From Eledone cirrhosa (Eukaryota): a stretch of DNA of 64,000 nt. The notes beneath the pieces were generated by a model. It worked only from the letters and a program-made list of their open reading frames with translations. It did not search any database and was not told the origin of the DNA. Below, in pieces: positions 55,991-64,000 of the stretch. The translations under genes were made by a program, and so were the position numbers. Location of the stretch: contig CAXHJY010000503.1 of NCBI GenBank assembly GCA_964016885.1, positions 29,290-93,289 on the forward strand, written 5' to 3'. How positions within the stretch are numbered: position 1 is the first letter of the stretch; each line of letters begins with the position of its first letter.

Positions 55991-58220
55991 GTAGTAGTAG
56001 TAGTAGTAGCAGCAGCAGTAGACGTCCAGGTGTAGTATCGTCCATTGTATCAACCCTAGCATATTACCGGTATGTCTGAATGAAAATGTAGATGCTAATA
56101 ATTATAGTTTGCAGTATAGGCCAAACCAGTAATTTTAAGGCAAGTGGATCCTAGTACTTTATTTTATCGAACCCAAATATTGAAAGGTGAAGTTGATCTC
56201 AGTGGATTTTTAACTCGGAACATAAAAAGTAACTCAATTAGTGCAAAGCAATTCTATTTGACGCTCTACTGATTCTGCCAGCCCACTATAATGAATAAGA
56301 ATGGAATGGACCTCCATCGGTTTTAACGGGAACTGGTCCAGTTACTCGTTCAATAGAACAGCTTACTCATGGAATTAACGTAATTTTCAGGGAGCTTCGG
56401 CATGAAACCTTGTGCGAAAATGTTGGCCCTTTAAATTACCGGTAGTTCATCCAATGGGCTTCCAAGTAGTTTCTGCCTACCCAGTTTCATCACAAAGCAT
56501 AGATTAACTCGGGGCTATAGTAAATGACACATACCCAAGATACCTCGCAGTTGAATCGAATCCGGTATCTAATGATTGCAAAGCGAGCTCTTTAACCACT
56601 CGACCATGCTGAGTTCACTGAAACTATATACAAACCTATCACAAAATGGGTTTAGGGGATGTGTGCTAATGTAAACATATATGTGCATGGCCGTCGACTC
56701 CTCGTACTGATGATGAGGCAATTGCCTCAGCTATCCCTTGTGATGTTCGTACGTCCACAGAACATGTATGCTATTGCAAACATCCCAAATAGTTTTGCCT
56801 GTTATATCTTGAGCTCTTACTGTCCACGTATCATGAATAAAAAGTGACGACGAGCCAAATGTCACTATTCATACCAACGTTACTGCTCATAACTCGGCAA
56901 CAGCATGTGGGTATGTCTGTGTGTCGGGTGAGGGCTTTTCACCAACTCCACCCCTTTTTTTTATCTTGTTATCAGTCATAAAGCCCAGGCAGTACTTCCA
57001 AGCACCATATATTTTCCTATCGACCTTTTCTCGATGAAAACGAGAGCAAGGTAGCACAGGATTTTATGACATACCCCTGTCAGGATTTTTTTGCGATGTG
57101 GGAAGGATGACTGTTTGCTTAAGGTTTGCAACGCTAGCAGACAATGAGTTGCTGTAGTTTCCGTGATTTAGATTTTCGCCATTTGTACTTGTTAAAATGT
57201 GGGTGTTTGTATTTAGAAAAGTGTCTGTCTGTGCAATTATCATTTTTCTTCATCACATGTTTAAATCTGTCTTGTTTTCGCACTTTCTTTTCAAAATGTT
57301 TTTCGAAAACTTTGACGGTATGTTCATTGCTACCAGTTTTGTAACTAGTACATAACTTCCGCACCTCCAGCGGAAGCCATCTTAAATCAGAATTGAGACA
57401 GAATAATCAAGGTCATGCGCAAGATTCCAGGCAGTGGGGGTGGAACCCGGGAACTTACAATTACAGAGTCACTCCTTAACCATTCGGCCATACTGCGTCC
57501 AGAAACTTACGATTAAACAAAACAAAAACATATACACGAATGAAACAAACGAACATATGAGTGAATATATGAAGGATTAAATGAACGAACGAACGAATGA
57601 ATGAACGAGTAGATAAATTGTATCAAACTAAAAATATTGGAAGAATAGATGGAAGGAAACGAAAGAAGAAAAATAGGGAGAAACAAACAAAAAGAAAAAG
57701 AAATGAATAAATGAATAATTAAATAAAAGATAAATAAAGAGGAATAATAGAGAAAGAATTAATGGAAAATAAGAAGGAAGGAAAAAACGAATTATTTTAG
57801 TTTGGAAACGTATGCAGCTGTCAGTTGTAGGTGTTCTGAGTCAGTGGTAAGATTTCTGAGAATGTTTACTGAGTAAAGATTATCTCAAGCTTTTTCCCTT
57901 GTCTCTGTACTTCACTGTTATTTCCCTGATTCCACACCAACAAACATTATTTTGACACACACACACACTTACTCACACTTACTCACACACATACATTACA
58001 CACACACACAATCACACATGCTTACACTCACACACACACACACACACACTTACTCACACACATACATTACACACACACACACAAACACACATGCTTACAC
58101 TCACACACATACACACACACACTTACTAACACACACACACACAGACACATACACACATGCATACTCATATACATATACACTCACATATACACGCATATAG
58201 ACACACATACATACATACTT

Positions 58221-58263
<43 letters not shown>

Positions 58264-58349
58264 TAAGTTATTCCGGGTTGAATCGGAGGTAACCACAGAA
58301 AGTAAGGTACTCAATACATAGCAGAGTATAAAAGTTTTAATATAGATGA

Positions 58350-58398
58350 GATTCTACAGGACTAGAACTGTTTCATTCTTTAGAAATCATCAGGAATC
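58350..58398 (-). ncRNA. Type I hammerhead ribozyme (family A)
   Basis: Minus strand reads GATTC CTGATGA TTTC-TAAA-GAAT GAAA CAG-TTCTAGTC-CTG TA GAATC: stem I 5 bp, stem II TTC/GAA, stem III ACAG/CTGT, GUA triplet. Confidence 0.8.
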
Positions 58399-58399
58399 A

Positions 58400-58448
58400 G
58401 ATTCTTGATGATTTCTAAAGAAGGAAACAGTTCTAGTCCTGTAGCATC
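58400..58448 (+). ncRNA. Hammerhead ribozyme, inverted copy with substitutions (family A)
   Basis: GATTC TTGATGA TTTC-TAAA-GAAG GAAA CAG-TTCTAGTC-CTG TA GCATC, with a C3>T core change and one stem I mismatch. Confidence 0.65.
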
Positions 58449-58453
58449 TCATC

Positions 58454-58501
<48 letters not shown>

Positions 58502-59007
58502 CACGGATACTGATTCACACATAAACACATATACACACATACAAACATACAAACACAGACATAAGAACATATATATATATATATATACACATACAGGAAG
58601 TGAGAAAGAGAGAGAGGTGGAGGAAGAGGGGGAAGAGGGAGGGAGAGAGAGTGGGAAAGAGGGAGAAAAGGGGAGAGAGAGGGACGGAGAGGTAGAAAAG
58701 GAGAGAAAGAGAGCAAAGGAGGGAGGGAGACAGAGAAATAAAGAAAGAGAAAGAGAGAGAGATAGAGAAAGAGAGAGGAAGAGGTAGGCTGAGAGAGTAA
58801 GAAAGAGAATGAGGGAGGGAGGGAGAGGGAGAGAAGGAGAAAGATAGAGAAACATAAGTGAAAACAAACGAAAGAATCCCAACACTGCTAACGCCATTAT
58901 TGACGTCAGCACTGCCGCTGCCTTTACCGTCATCACCGTCACCGCCACCAGCAGGACATATCTACAGTAATTACTAGTATCATTAGCACGACCTTACACC
59001 TTCTCCT

Positions 59008-60240
59008 CCACCACTACAACGACAACCACCACCACCACCTACAGCTACACCACCTACAGCTACACCACCACTAACACAACTACCACTACTGCCTCTACCA
59101 CCATCACACCACCACTACCAACTCCACCACTACCACCACTACCCCTATTACTACTATCACCACCACCACCACCACCAGTACCAACACCACCACCACCACC
59201 ACCACCAACGCCACCACCACTGCCACTACTACTACTCTCACCACCAGCACCAACACCGCCACTACTACCACCACCACCACCATCACCACCACCACCCCAA
59301 CCACCACCACCAACACAACCACCACCACCACCACCAACAACAACACAACCACCACCACCACCACTACCACCCCACCACCACCACCACCATCACCACCACC
59401 AAAACTACCACCACCACCCCAACCACCACCACCACCAACACCACCACCACCACCACCACCACCAACACAACCACCATCACCACCACCACCAACAACACAA
59501 CCACCACCACCACCACTACCACCCCACCACCACCACCACCACCGCCACCACCACCAACACAACCACCAGCACCACCACAACCACCAACACAACCACCAGC
59601 ACCACCACCACCACCAACACAACCACCATCACCACCACCACCAACAACACAACCACCACCACCACTACCACCCCACCACCACCACCACCACCACTACCAC
59701 CACCACCACCACCAACAACAACACAACCACCACCACCACCACTACCACCCCACCACCACCACCTCCACTACCACCCCACCACCACCACCACTACCACCAC
59801 CACCATCACCACTACCACCACCACCACTACCACCACTACCACCACTACCACCCCACCACCACCACCACCACCACCACCACCACCACCACCACCACTACCA
59901 CCCCACCACCACCACCACCACCCCACCACCACCACCACCACCACCACCCCACCACCACCACCACCACCACCACTACCACCCCACCACCACCACTACCACC
60001 CCACCACCACCACCACCAACACAACCACCACCACCACTACCACCCCACCACCACCACCACCACCACTACCACCCCACCACCACCACCACCACCACCACCA
60101 CCACCCCACCACCACCACCACCACCACCACTACCACCCACCACCACCACTACCACCCCACCACCACCACTACCACCCCACCACCACCACCACCAACACAA
60201 CCACCACCACCACCACCACCATCACAAACAACAACAACAA
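59008..60240. repeat. Degenerate (CAC)n low-complexity tract
   Basis: Direct observation. Confidence 0.95.
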
Positions 60241-60382
60241 CGAACTGTAAAATCGTAGTTACAGCTATCTTCATTCAGTATCACCAGAAATACCGAAGCT
60301 ACCATCACAACTACCATCTCGTTTATCATTTATCAACACCTATTATAACACTACCACTCAACATATATATATCTACCTTCCC

Positions 60383-64000
<3,618 letters not shown>

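Larger units (their letters stand above)
58262..58458 (-). mobile_element. Fold-back hammerhead element family A in (TA)n
   Basis: Tail GTTATTCCGGGTTGAATCGGAGGTAACCACAG..ATACATAGCAGAGTATA plus a hairpin at 58340-58458, with (TA)n on both sides. Related copies at 12357, 21721, 30586 and 45810. Confidence 0.75.

Noticed and set aside
56640-57390. Higher-complexity segment with short ORFs; similarly 3700-4650, 12000-13150 and 51080-51900
   Set aside because: No recognisable protein motif and the frames are broken; probably decayed transposons that need BLASTx.

Overview
This is AT-rich, microsatellite-saturated animal genomic DNA. The SINE families and repeat landscape suggest a coleoid cephalopod such as Octopus (inference). 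The only supportable protein-coding sequence is exon 1 of a Ptf1a-type bHLH gene (39559-40003, + strand). Its second exon was not found in the remaining 24 kb. The rest consists of about 30 copies of one tRNA-derived SINE, other SINEs, several MITEs and large (TA)n/(CA)n/(GAA)n/(CAC)n tracts, and nearly all ORF-track entries are microsatellite artefacts. The main unexplained structure is a set of at least seven distinct short repeat families or single elements, mostly embedded in (TA)n tracts, that carry type I hammerhead ribozyme folds. Several are complete with paired stems I-III, and one family has a U3-A8 compensatory core. They often occur as head-to-head fold-back palindromes centred just 5' of the ribozyme, consistent with non-autonomous Penelope-like or retrozyme-like elements. 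All structures were folded by eye and no activity or database search was tested.
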